This document shows positions 52,966 through 62,642 of a stretch of DNA of 64,000 nucleotides, piece by piece; the stretch's first letter is position 1, and every line of letters starts with the position of its first letter. The stretch is from positions 24,866-88,865 of IMG/VR virus record IMGVR_UViG_3300050128_000053. The stretch is one strand, 5' to 3'. Source of the DNA: a virus. The notes beneath the pieces were generated by a model that was not told where the DNA came from, searched no databases, and was given only the letters and a program-made list of their open reading frames with translations. The position numbers were made by a program, and so were the translations under genes.

Positions 52966-54621
52966 TTAACCTGCCCTTAATGGATGTCCCTGGACAAATG
53001 GGTTGACCGACCACTCTTCTACCTCGAGATTCTGTCCGAAGTCTTTGGTCAACGAGGCGGCCAGAGCGAGCGAATCGATGAAATCGTCATGGGCGTTCTT
53101 CTCGTTCTTCGGAGCGCTGACAAGAAGATACTTGCCTCGGTACTCCTTTTCAACCTCGCTCATCTGATGACAGAAGCGCTTGTACACCTGTAGGCGGCGG
53201 GTGCGCGGATGCGCCGGCCAGCCAATGAAACCCTTCTGGATCAACTGCATCAAATGGGTCCAGCGCTCTGACTGGTCGATCGGGTTCATCGCCATAGGGA
53301 CCACTTCGATATTCGGCAACAACACACCGAGTCGTTCGGCTACCGGATCACCCATACCTTGGGAGTCGACACCGATCCGCGCCACGTAATAGCGATCAGC
53401 AAAATCACAGATCTCCCGATACTGACTCTCCCAGTTCTCACCACGCAACTCGAGCCACGCCAAGATTCGGTGGTTGTAGAACCCGAAGTTGTCGGGGTGC
53501 TCCCAATCGACCCAAAGCGCTGTGCACACAGTTGAGTCGTGTTTCTTAGCCACATCGATGCCGATCACAATGGGCGAGTCGTTCCAATAGGGCACGATCT
53601 CCATTGTTTTGTCGCCAAGTTCTTCTATGCGCTCTTCGGTGATGAACATGCCTCGTTCAAGCAACCAAACGCAGCAGTAACTCGTGCGAAATTCGTCGCT
53701 GTCTTCACCAAGGCGCTGCTTCTCTTTCTCGATGGCTTGGGCATAGTACGGGTTCTCTCGAGCGGCCCGCTTCCAATCGAAGCAGAAGTGGTTCCGTTTC
53801 CCGTTTACCGGCCTGCGGTGCCGGTTACGTTGACATGCTTCGTAGTAATCGCTTTTAGAATAGCCAGGAGTGCCTACCTTGAGAATCGATCCAGCGGTGG
53901 CCGTCATCATTGGGTGAATCGATCTCCGAACCTTGGTTGAATCGGCATCTTGGGCCTCGTCGATGATGGCCAAATGATAGGTCTTTGATTCGATTTTGGC
54001 CTTGGCGTGCGCTGTCTGACGTCGGCAGATCGAACCGGAGTCTGTTTTGATCTCACTGCCGCTTTTTATGACAATCGTATTGATCTCGGGGTCGGCCAAG
54101 AAGAGCTGCGCTGCCCTTGAGGTCAGTCGTGTCTCAACACGGCCGAAGATCGTGTCGGCCTGATCGTCAATGGGAGCGAAACAACCGATTTCAATGCCGT
54201 TCTTGAACTTCTTGAGCACTGGATCGTCGGGGTAAAGAGCAGCGAGCTTGGGGAAAATCACCATGGAAGTTGCTGCAACATCGGCAAGTGTTTCGCTTTT
54301 GCCGGCCTGTCTTGCGCACTCGATTGTTATCTCTTCGGAGTCGCCGATCAACAAAGAGAAGAGGATCCGGTCAGCCATTTCAGTCTGATACGTGTAGAGA
54401 TCGATATCGCAGAGCTGCACCAAGAGAACAAGGCACAGATCAGTCAAGGTTTGGATGAAACGAATACGATCCCTATCCACTGAACTGGATCGTAGTCCGA
54501 ATGACCTTGATTTCCACAGGCGGTTTGCTAGGCCGGTCAAAAACCGAATAGAATGCTCCATCCTTTTGAAAGGGGATGCCAGACGCCCGAGTTCCTCATC
54601 GGACACAGCAACCCGTTGCAC
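52966..54621 (-). CDS. terL: Terminase large subunit (true start may be GTG at 54480)
   Basis: Walker A ARQAGKS, Walker B IIDEAQD, GTP, RNase H-like IGIDVAKKHDSTV and HDDFIDS. Confidence 0.93.
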   Translation of the reverse strand: MQRVAVSDEELGRLASPFKRMEHSIRFLTGLANRLWKSRSFGLRSSSVDRDRIRFIQTLTDLCLVLLVQLCDIDLYTYQTEMADRILFSLLIGDSEEITIECARQAGKSETLADVAATSMVIFPKLAALYPDDPVLKKFKNGIEIGCFAPIDDQADTIFGRVETRLTSRAAQLFLADPEINTIVIKSGSEIKTDSGSICRRQTAHAKAKIESKTYHLAIIDEAQDADSTKVRRSIHPMMTATAGSILKVGTPGYSKSDYYEACQRNRHRRPVNGKRNHFCFDWKRAARENPYYAQAIEKEKQRLGEDSDEFRTSYCCVWLLERGMFITEERIEELGDKTMEIVPYWNDSPIVIGIDVAKKHDSTVCTALWVDWEHPDNFGFYNHRILAWLELRGENWESQYREICDFADRYYVARIGVDSQGMGDPVAERLGVLLPNIEVVPMAMNPIDQSERWTHLMQLIQKGFIGWPAHPRTRRLQVYKRFCHQMSEVEKEYRGKYLLVSAPKNEKNAHDDFIDSLALAASLTKDFGQNLEVEEWSVNPFVQGHPLRAG

Positions 54622-54768
54622 ACCCTGTCACTGAAGAAGTGAGGTCGTAGACGCCCTTCCCGGCCCTCGACCGGGGCCTCGCATGTGCTGGCTTAGCGGG
54701 AGTCCGCAAGAAACACCGAACCGAAAGAGAAGCACTGTCGGAAGTGCTCGACCCGAAGGGAGGTGTCA

Positions 54769-55326
54769 ATGCGAATACCCCGCATGGCACTCATTACCGT
54801 TGTTCTAATGGCGGCTATTGCCGTCCTCACTCCGTCACTTGTCGCTGCCCACAATCATCGAGAGGTTCCCGCATCATGGAAATGGTCGTTATCGCCAACC
54901 CAGCGTTCCCAGAGCGAGTTGTTGACCACAGCGAATCTCGGACCTCTGTGGACCGAGTTCGCAGCAATCAACGCTGCTGCAGCAGCGAAAAGGTCTGCAG
55001 TTGTGGCAACGAAACCGATCATCGCCGCCTCGTCACCATCCTCCACGACGACGACATCGCCACCATCCTTAGCGAGTGGTAATGATGCAACGTCTACTGG
55101 CACACCGGACTGGATATGTATCAAGGACCATGAGAGCGGGGATAACTACAGCGAGCCAGGGGGCGGGGCTTTTCAGTTTGAAGATGGGACGTGGCAGTCA
55201 ATCACCGGCCTAAGCGGTTCTGCACAGGATTACCCACCGGCGGTGCAGGACGCAGCGGCCCTGAAGCTCTACAGCGAGAGAGGTTTCGAGCCCTGGACGA
55301 CGCGTTGGGTGTGCGGCTTGGGGTAA
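54769..55326 (+). CDS. Secreted Rpf-like lytic transglycosylase
   Basis: Signal peptide, Ser/Thr linker, WICIKDHESG..Y...GGAFQF...TW...QDAAA.KLY...G..PW...CG. Confidence 0.88.
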   Translation: MRIPRMALITVVLMAAIAVLTPSLVAAHNHREVPASWKWSLSPTQRSQSELLTTANLGPLWTEFAAINAAAAAKRSAVVATKPIIAASSPSSTTTTSPPSLASGNDATSTGTPDWICIKDHESGDNYSEPGGGAFQFEDGTWQSITGLSGSAQDYPPAVQDAAALKLYSERGFEPWTTRWVCGLG

Positions 55327-55340
55327 AGGAAGGTTTTGGG

Positions 55341-55371
55341 AAGGGGCGAGGCCACTCCTACCTCGCCCCTT
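55341..55371. terminator. Hairpin between convergent genes
   Basis: AAGGGGCGAGG-ccactccta-CCTCGCCCCTT inverted repeat. Confidence 0.7.
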
Positions 55372-55422
55372 CACACTCGAGAGCTGCACTCCAACGGGCC
55401 CGCAGCGACCCGTGGGTCAACC

Positions 55423-56620
55423 TCACGATCCTTTGACGTACCCCCGGGTGTAGCGGCGGGGTTCATTGTCGCCCTCGCTCCAGTCGAAACCACCCTCAAC
55501 GTGCGAGAGCAAGGATCGCGCTGAATCGGTGGCATCTTGGATGCGGTTCGACCAGTTTGGGGCGGCCTTCTTGAGTGCTCCATCCGTTGAGCCCTCAAGC
55601 AGCTCCTCGGTGAGGTTTCTTCGGATCCTTCCAAATGGATCAGGCAACAGGGCCACCTCCAGGCGGAACCGGAGCAGGAGCTTCTGTCGTCGTCGGCTCG
55701 GTCTCGACCGGTGCCGCAGTCGTGGTGGGCTCGGGTGTCGTCTCTCCTGGGCCAGGAGGCGGCGCTGGAGCGGCCGTGGTGGTCGTGGCAGTCTCTTGTG
55801 GGCCAGGATCGCTGACAGCCAGGGTCTTGAGGCCTGAGGCCACAGAGGTGATGTTGGCGACAGCGGCCTCAATGGCAGCAGAATCGCCCGCCGCAGCGGC
55901 ATTGGTCAGATTGGTCACCTCAGCCAGGAGGTCGTCGACTGTGGAGGCCACAGCCGTCTCCTCGGCCTGCAGGCTTGCTACAGCTGCGTTCAGATCGTCA
56001 ATAGCTGCCATCAGAAATCTCCATCTCTCGTGGTCTTGTCCGTCCCCGACATTAAAGCGCAAATCGAAGGCAAACAAGAGATCACCCAACATCACTCGTC
56101 CTCAGGCTCGACGTCGGCTGAGAAAGTAGCCAGAGATTTGGCATGGCCACCCCCGTTTTGCGCTCCAGAAAGAGGAGGGTTCGAGAACTGGGCACTGGGG
56201 TCGACCACGGTGCGCCGACCTATACCGAGTTGTGCCCCCCGAGCCACTGTGTCCATTGACAACCTCTGGAACTGCAAGCCGGCAGCGGAACGATCGATGC
56301 CCTCTTGGGCATTGCCGAGCTGACCGGCGGTCGAGGATCGAGCTGGCTCGCTGGGTTCAATCATCCCCACTCCCCACCACGCTATTGGCCGAGTTCATGA
56401 TGGCCGAAGCCAGGCCTTGAGCATCAAATCCACCTGCTGTACCCCGAGCAGCGTGTTTGAACGTGTTGATCCGGCGCAGGTTCCCGAGCGCCTTATCCGC
56501 CGGGTGCTCAGTGCCCCAGGCCGATGAGGTCGGCCCTTCCCACTGGTGGCCCAGGAAACTGCCCCACTGGCGACCGCCGAGCATGGAGTGTTCTGGGGAA
56601 AGAGCCTCTTCTTCAGCCAT
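55423..56620 (-). CDS. Small hypothetical genes (55423-55647, 55640-56011 coiled coil with Pro/Thr tail, 56092-56370, 56357-56620)
   Basis: Packed, co-oriented ORFs. Confidence 0.55.
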
Positions 56621-56657
56621 CGGTCAAATGTTACTTGGCATTTGAGCTGCTCCTCGG

Positions 56658-58151
56658 TCACTGGTGGGGTGCCTCGTGCGGCTTTAGCAACTGCTCGACG
56701 CGCCCCATGAACTCAAGCAGGCCGCCGGTGACGACCGGGCTCCCGTCGAGGTTCCGCCTGAACGGGTCGGGGCTGCCCTCGATGAACACGATCACCTTGC
56801 GCAGCGCTATGTCCACCTCGGTGTACTTGGCCTGCAAGTCGGCCACCGCCGACGTCAACACAGCGAGGCTGGCGATGCGGTTCGCCTTGCGCTTGTCGCG
56901 CCACTCGCGGAGCGGGCGGCGGCCGACGATGGCGGTGACTACCGTGCTCCCTGCGCCGGCAAACACGATCGCCCATATCGGACTCACCGCAGCTTCGCAC
57001 AGTCCCTCGGGGCAAAAATGGTGTGGACCTGCACCGCTATCGCCGTCGTCTCGGCGCTCGTTGGGAACCGGGCCAGCACGAAGGACCACAGCTTGATCTG
57101 CGCCGCTCGCACCGTGTCGCCATTGACGCACTGCGCATACTGCCCGGCTTGCACCGCTGCAGCCTTGTTCCTAGCGCCGTTGACTTGGGTGAGCCCGATC
57201 ACCAATCCGATCGTCAGCAGAATGTCGAAGATGACGACGCCGATAATGACTCGCATCCGGGTCCGATGTGAGGCGAGCGTTTCGGTCAGATGATCCACTG
57301 CGTCGGTGAGGTCTTGCGCTGTTTTCAGAATCCGCTCAGGCATCGACCCCCTCCTCGATCGGTTCTACAAACGTCCTCAGCAACTCGGCCAGAGCAACGG
57401 CAGAAGCGCGCAAGTCGGGCACCATCTCGGCCACCTCGCGCATTTCGTGACGCTCGTCCGCCCACTGGTCACTTCGTAGTGAACGCAGCACAGTTCCTCG
57501 GTGCGAATGTCGTGTCGACCTGGGTCAGGAAACGTGTCACGGCAGCACGGATCGCCGCATTGGGCGATCCACCCAGCTGCTCGATGCCGATGATCTCGGT
57601 GTGCCACAGCCCCTTGTCATCGGAGCGGCTGACGTTATCAGCGTGGCACTGCGCGAGCAGCACTTGATGATTCGTCTGCGTCGCCGCCTTCGCTTGACTG
57701 GCGGCGACGTTCGACTGGACCGACACGTGGATGAATCCGATCGTCAGCAGAATGTCGAGCACCAAGACGGCGGCCGTCACGATGAGCCGGTTGCGATTGC
57801 GCCGCTCGCTCTCTTTCACTAGGTCGATGCGCTCCGTCAGGTCATCGAAGGACCCGGCGAGGACGCGCGCCGCTTCGAGGACGCGCGCCGCTTCATCGGC
57901 TGCCGTGTGCACCACGCGATCCGCTTGCGCAGCGGCAACCGACAGCCTCTCACTCTCCTCGCTCACGGTGCCCCTCTCTCATCGATCACCCTATTGAGCC
58001 GCTTCATGACGATCTGCGCCTGATTCACCAGCACGGTCGCCTTGGCGATCAGTTCCTTGGAGTCCATCGTCGCAAGTGGTTTGTCCAAATCGGTCACTGT
58101 CCTCGGTCTGCGCCAACGCATCAAGCCAGAATAGCGATAAAGAAACTCCAC
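56658..58151 (-). CDS. Membrane/lysis-type cassette (56658-56987; paralogs 56984-57343 and 57469-57966; 57963-58151)
   Basis: Single-TM proteins; the two paralogs share DILLTIG, QC...D..R, LW and FAPRxC. Confidence 0.6.
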
Positions 58152-58166
58152 GCATTTACTCCCCCG

Positions 58167-58520
58167 TCACCACGAGACACCTCCAAGTCCTAATGGGTCA
58201 CCTGCATTGGTGTTGCGGTCGGATCCTTGGTAATGACCTTGTGACCTTGAGTAGTCGACTCGATCCTCTCCGTGCATCTGGGGGATACCAGGGATGCGCC
58301 CAGACGGCATGCGGGTGATCCCGAACACCTGCATGACCGACCACTGACGTTGTGCGTATGTCGGGTAACCGAATCGTGGCGGCAGGTATCGGATCTGTGG
58401 CAGCGGGGGGCGAAGGGCTCGCAGTTGATCGTCCGACATCGACGTGGCCGCATTGAAAGCGTCGTCGGCCTGTCGGGCGTAGTTGTTGATCCAGGGGTGT
58501 GGTGGGATCTGGACCTGCAC
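58167..58520 (-). CDS. Hypothetical protein
   Basis: RPPLPQIRYLPPRFGY block. Confidence 0.55.
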   Translation of the reverse strand: MQVQIPPHPWINNYARQADDAFNAATSMSDDQLRALRPPLPQIRYLPPRFGYPTYAQRQWSVMQVFGITRMPSGRIPGIPQMHGEDRVDYSRSQGHYQGSDRNTNAGDPLGLGGVSW

Positions 58521-58720
58521 AAGGCAAGACTACCGCCTGGACTCCAGTGCTCTTCGGGCAAGCGATGCTGCCTTGGGAGAAGCAAGAAGACCCGCTATCT
58601 GCAAAAGAGTAGCTCGGTACCGATCTCGTTCCTTCTCGGCGTGATCAGCTCTGCGCTTAGCACAGTCGAGATCAGCTTTTAATGTCTCAGTAGTTCGCCA
58701 TAATCAGGTATAATAGAAGA

Positions 58721-58930
58721 GTGCCTGTGACGTTCAGCGACGACGAGTTCGACTTCGTCTACGACGTCTTTGAACTGCTCATGTCGCCGTTTGCCAATAA
58801 CGAACGCCTGGCCGACGCACTCCGTGGCGAAAACGACGTCTGGAAGATCCTCAAGGAGAAGCAGGAAGCTAGACGTACGGCTGGCGCTTGCGGGGAACGC
58901 CCTGAACTCGAGGGTTCCCAGATACCGTAG
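58721..58930 (+). CDS. Small leaderless hypothetical protein
   Basis: TATAAT (58709), 6 nt, GTG. Confidence 0.55.
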   Translation: MPVTFSDDEFDFVYDVFELLMSPFANNERLADALRGENDVWKILKEKQEARRTAGACGERPELEGSQIP

Positions 58931-59840
58931 GAGCCGATCGCTCTATGCGCTTGCCGGTAATCCAGGTGCGGGCTTGCACCACATTACGGTGGACACCTAG
59001 AGCGTTTCCGGCTTCGCTGTAGCCATTCGAGAACTGCTCGTATCGAGAAGGTTTACCAAAGTAAGCGGCAGGTTCGCCGTTCTTCTTGAGCTTCCTCGAA
59101 GCCGGAAGATCAGCACTACTGATCCCACGACCTGTGTACTCCCACGGCCACTGCTCGTTCTGAGCGATATCGTGAGCCCGCTTGTCGATGGTTGCGAGTG
59201 CAGGACGGACTCTTCCCTCCCGAGTCGTAATCGTGTCCGCTTCTGGGTCGTCAATAGCGTGTGTGAAAGAGTTCGTCTTCGGGTTCGACTGCGGCGGCAT
59301 TACGTCGTCCGGATGCTCGCCCCGGCGGATCCGATAGGCCTTGAGCAGTCCACTGTCGGTCGCTGTCGAAAGGGACATCCCTTTCAGAAGAGCCGATGCC
59401 TCAGGAGTGCGCTTGTGCATCGGACCGGCCGGAGTGGCCGTTGCCGAGTGGACGAGAACGTCCCAGTCCTTTTGACGCAGTTTTCCTATTTCGTGGAAAG
59501 CATCGATGTTGTTGCGCTCCCAGTCCATGCTCGGGCTCACCGCGGCAATTTCACCGGCTGCGTGAAGGGGAGAGATTCTGAGAAGGCGGGCACCTTTCGC
59601 AGCGGCCTCGTGGACTTTGGGATACCAAATCCTTCCCTCTTCGTGTTCTTCAGGAGTACCGAAATCGTGCACATTGAGTACGTGACGAACGGACAAGCGG
59701 AACTGGCTCGGGTTCATGAGATCGTGCTTTGGGAAGTCAGCAGCACGGTACTTCACTGCCCGAGGAACGTCCTCACCACCCGCTTGACCTTCATAGTCGT
59801 CACCAAAGACGTCGTAATCACCTGACGGTCTAGCCGCCAT
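58869..59840 (-). CDS. Conserved phage protein (DUF7178-like, possible helical DNA-glycosylase-like fold)
   Basis: GRIWY, IAAVSP..DWERN, KTNSF, TIDKRAHDIA and VQARTW. Confidence 0.6.
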   Translation of the reverse strand: MAARPSGDYDVFGDDYEGQAGGEDVPRAVKYRAADFPKHDLMNPSQFRLSVRHVLNVHDFGTPEEHEEGRIWYPKVHEAAAKGARLLRISPLHAAGEIAAVSPSMDWERNNIDAFHEIGKLRQKDWDVLVHSATATPAGPMHKRTPEASALLKGMSLSTATDSGLLKAYRIRRGEHPDDVMPPQSNPKTNSFTHAIDDPEADTITTREGRVRPALATIDKRAHDIAQNEQWPWEYTGRGISSADLPASRKLKKNGEPAAYFGKPSRYEQFSNGYSEAGNALGVHRNVVQARTWITGKRIERSAPTVSGNPRVQGVPRKRQPYV

Positions 59841-60063
59841 CTGAAGACCTCCGGTCGTTGAAGAGAGAGCTGATGCGGTACTGCACCGGCCCCTTCTTCT
59901 GCGGATTAGCACCGAGAACGTGTTGGGGAGCAAGGGTGAGAAGGCCGCTTCTCCGCAGCTCTTGGTCGTACCGAGGCTCATCACCACTGGGGAAGTGCGT
60001 GAGGTACCCAGGATTATCACTGAGGTCTTTGGCGTACGAGTCTGGCTTCGGGACGTCAACCAT
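59830..60063 (-). CDS. Hypothetical protein
   Basis: Overlaps both neighbours in the operon. Confidence 0.5.
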   Translation of the reverse strand: MVDVPKPDSYAKDLSDNPGYLTHFPSGDEPRYDQELRRSGLLTLAPQHVLGANPQKKGPVQYRISSLFNDRRSSDGG

Positions 60064-61150
60064 TGGTCGCTCCACTCACGAAAGTCGACAACTTGTGGCC
60101 ACAGACGCCCTTCCCGTATTTACGGAGAGCACCGTTAGCCATCGTATCAGTCCCCTCGACCTGGAACATCTTCTTTGAGTTGTGCACAACAAATCCATTA
60201 GCCAAGAAGTTATGAGGCTCCGTAACCACCTCGATGTCATAAGTCATTTCAAATCCAAAATGAACAATCGAAAGTATTTTCTCACTGGTTACTTTGGCGA
60301 TTACCCTTGAAGGGTTTTCAAGACCATGTATGCGCCCGTGTTCCCGGTGCGTAATGACTTTTAGATTCGCAGGCTCATTGTTCGTGTGGTCTTCATCGAG
60401 GTGGTGCACGGTCCAAACGCTCGGGTCAATAAACCGCAGATTATCGGTCTCACCAATACGAATCATTTGAATAAAATCTTCGTAATCAAGACCATTTAGT
60501 GTAGCTTCTGCCACCAAACGATGTTGGTTAACCACAAACTTCTCACCTGTAGCCTTATTTGGCTTCCAGTAGTTGGCATAAGGGTGGTTTTTCATACCAA
60601 ATACTCTCTTGTATCGCAGATTGGGTTTCCACGGGGTTCCCGTTGCCTTCTCGCCCTGGACATGCACATGCCGACCGGCATCTAGATTGCCCAATACTGT
60701 CCAGCCAGAAGGGGTGGAAAATGGATGATCTGTTGTTGCACGAATAGAGCGCCCAGTCTCGGTAGTGATCACAAATGTCTCTTTGCGTCCACTCGACCAA
60801 GCACTACTCAGTTCGACAAGTCGAACAGCACCATCCCGAGCCTGTTGAACAAATGTAGGGATGTCCAAGTCCCAGGAACGCCCACTGCGACCATTGTTGA
60901 GGCCGTTGAAACGATGTACAACATCTCGAAGTTTCATTGGACTGCTCTTACCGCCCCGATTTACAATAATCAGGGCATCGCCCTGAAGACACTGACAACC
61001 GTGACAGTGTGCCTCGAGCAGCTCAACGGGGCCAGGGCCACTTCCAGCGCCCCCCAGCGTCGGCACAGCAGCCAGAGGCCCCGACGCCGCCGGATTGATC
61101 TTGATGGCCGCCAGGCCAAGTTGGTGCACCGCTGAGACCCCATCAGCCAT
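60056..61150 (-). CDS. DUF5679-like zinc-ribbon protein (93 aa after splicing) containing an intein
   Basis: Exteins join to EAHCHGCQ|SKKMFQVEGTDTMANGALRKYGKGVCGHKLSTFV. Confidence 0.75.
   Translation of the reverse strand: MADGVSAVHQLGLAAIKINPAASGPLAAVPTLGGAGSGPGPVELLEAHCHGCQCLQGDALIIVNRGGKSSPMKLRDVVHRFNGLNNGRSGRSWDLDIPTFVQQARDGAVRLVELSSAWSSGRKETFVITTETGRSIRATTDHPFSTPSGWTVLGNLDAGRHVHVQGEKATGTPWKPNLRYKRVFGMKNHPYANYWKPNKATGEKFVVNQHRLVAEATLNGLDYEDFIQMIRIGETDNLRFIDPSVWTVHHLDEDHTNNEPANLKVITHREHGRIHGLENPSRVIAKVTSEKILSIVHFGFEMTYDIEVVTEPHNFLANGFVVHNSKKMFQVEGTDTMANGALRKYGKGVCGHKLSTFVSGATNG
60179..60991 (-). mobile_element. Intein with HNH homing endonuclease (271 aa)
   Basis: CLQGDALI...IRATTDHPF...VHHLDEDHTNNEPANL...TYDIEV...HNFLANGFVVHN|S. 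Confidence 0.93.
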
Positions 61151-61185
61151 GTCATTGGCCGTGTAGAGCCGCTTCGGTTTCCGTC

Positions 61186-62100
61186 TCACGGCGCAGGAGG
61201 GGGATTGACCGATCCATCGTGAGCACCGCTTGTCCAAGCAGCCAGGGGTTCGGTGTCGCGCATCTCTCGCATCATGGCATTCCAGTGCGATGCACGGCCC
61301 GTCGGCTTGCCCGAGCCCGTCCCGTGGCCACCACTGGGGCTGTCGCCAGGGGTCGACCCGTCGATGAGTTGATCGGACTCGTTCTGTGGAGCAGCATTGC
61401 TGCCGCCCATAGCACGATCTCCACCGTCGAGCGCACTGGTGACATCGGTCTGATCAGCCCATAGGCACTGACGAGCCTCGGCAATGAGCCCGTCAGGGCC
61501 CTGCTGCCAAACAGCAGGCGTCCACGGCGTCTGTGGGACAGCATCGCCTGAGTACTGCTCAGTAGGAAGCATTACCTTCTCCGATCGTTGATCGGCTCGT
61601 GGTCGTGGAAATCGATCCCACAGTTGCGGCAGCGGTAATGATTTACTTGACCGAGAGTCCCAAGTGTTTGACCCCAGCCACCACATGCTGGACAATCTTC
61701 GCCGAGATCATCGGGATCGTAAGCCGTCACGTATCACGTTCCCACTCTTGGATCGGAGGATTGTCGTGCTTGCCGGCGGCCGCCGCCGCTGAAGCAAAAG
61801 CAGCATTGTTGAGCATCCGAGCCTCCTCTTGAAGCTGCTCGGGACTTTTGGTCCAGCACTGAGGACGCCAGGGTCCACCAGTCCCTTCGAAGGGGTAGTG
61901 CATGGCTCCTTCGCCCTGATCGATGTCTTCGTTGGGCATCATGGTCATGACTGTCTCCTCGATCCCTCGTCGAAGTGCTCTCGACGCGTCTTTGGTCCAT
62001 CGTAGTCTGTGAACGAGCGATTACAGCCGTCACTGTCTCGAGGCGGCTCGTCGTACCCGGGTTCCTGCCAGTTAACAGACCCACCAGTACCATCGGCCAT
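61186..62100 (-). CDS. Four small coupled genes (61186-61572, 61572-61730 Zn ribbon, 61727-61948, 61945-62100)
   Basis: TAATG/ATGA/GTGA overlaps; CPAC...CRNC in the 52-aa gene. Confidence 0.6.
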
Positions 62101-62642
62101 TAGCCCTGCACCGACATCTTGCGACGGGGCGGCATTCCATACGTGGGCCGCAAAAGAGCAAGTTGTGACGCCCTGTGTTGATCTATTGTCAGGACGGAAG
62201 TAGAACCGCGTGGGGCGAGCTTGCCCTCAACCGTCGGCGTCGGCTGGAAGAACTGCAAAGACGGTGCTGCACGAAGTCCGGTAGTCGCTTCGGCGACCAA
62301 ACCACGCAAGGGGTTCTGCTGTTCAGGCCAGAGGTAGTCCCCCGGGTCAATCCTCTCGCCGAGGTGTACTCCTCTTTGGTAACCACGCTGGTTGATACGG
62401 GACTTGAGGGAATCGAAGAGGCGGTCCCCGCGTCGACTTGTAATTGTCCCGGGTCAAAGGTAGCCATCGGGATAGCTGGCTTCTGGTGTCCTGTTGTACA
62501 TCATCCGCCGGGCATCCAACACTGATCTAACCCACGGTTGGGGAGGCATTGATCCAACAGTTGCGCTTGGATTCATTGCTCCTGGGGAACCAGGAACATA
62601 GGTCTGTGAAAACCCAACACCTCCAGTGTTACTTCCGGCCAC
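62100..62642 (-). CDS. Conserved phage protein interrupted by an in-frame TGA within a probable 6-nt insertion (62451-62456)
   Basis: One frame reads MAGSNT...YPDGYL*PGTITSRRGDRLFDSLKSRINQRGYQRGVHLGERIDPGDYLWP...; both halves are otherwise intact and the stop overlaps the next ATG. Confidence 0.75.

Noticed and set aside
54640-54765. c-di-AMP (ydaO) or c-di-GMP riboswitch call
   Set aside because: The consensus blocks were not recognisable, so it is kept only as an unnamed structured leader.
62454-62456. Selenocysteine or genome-wide TGA reassignment
   Set aside because: TGA is the normal stop for many genes here (ATGA/TGATG overlaps), no Sec machinery or suppressor tRNA is seen, and no convincing SECIS follows.
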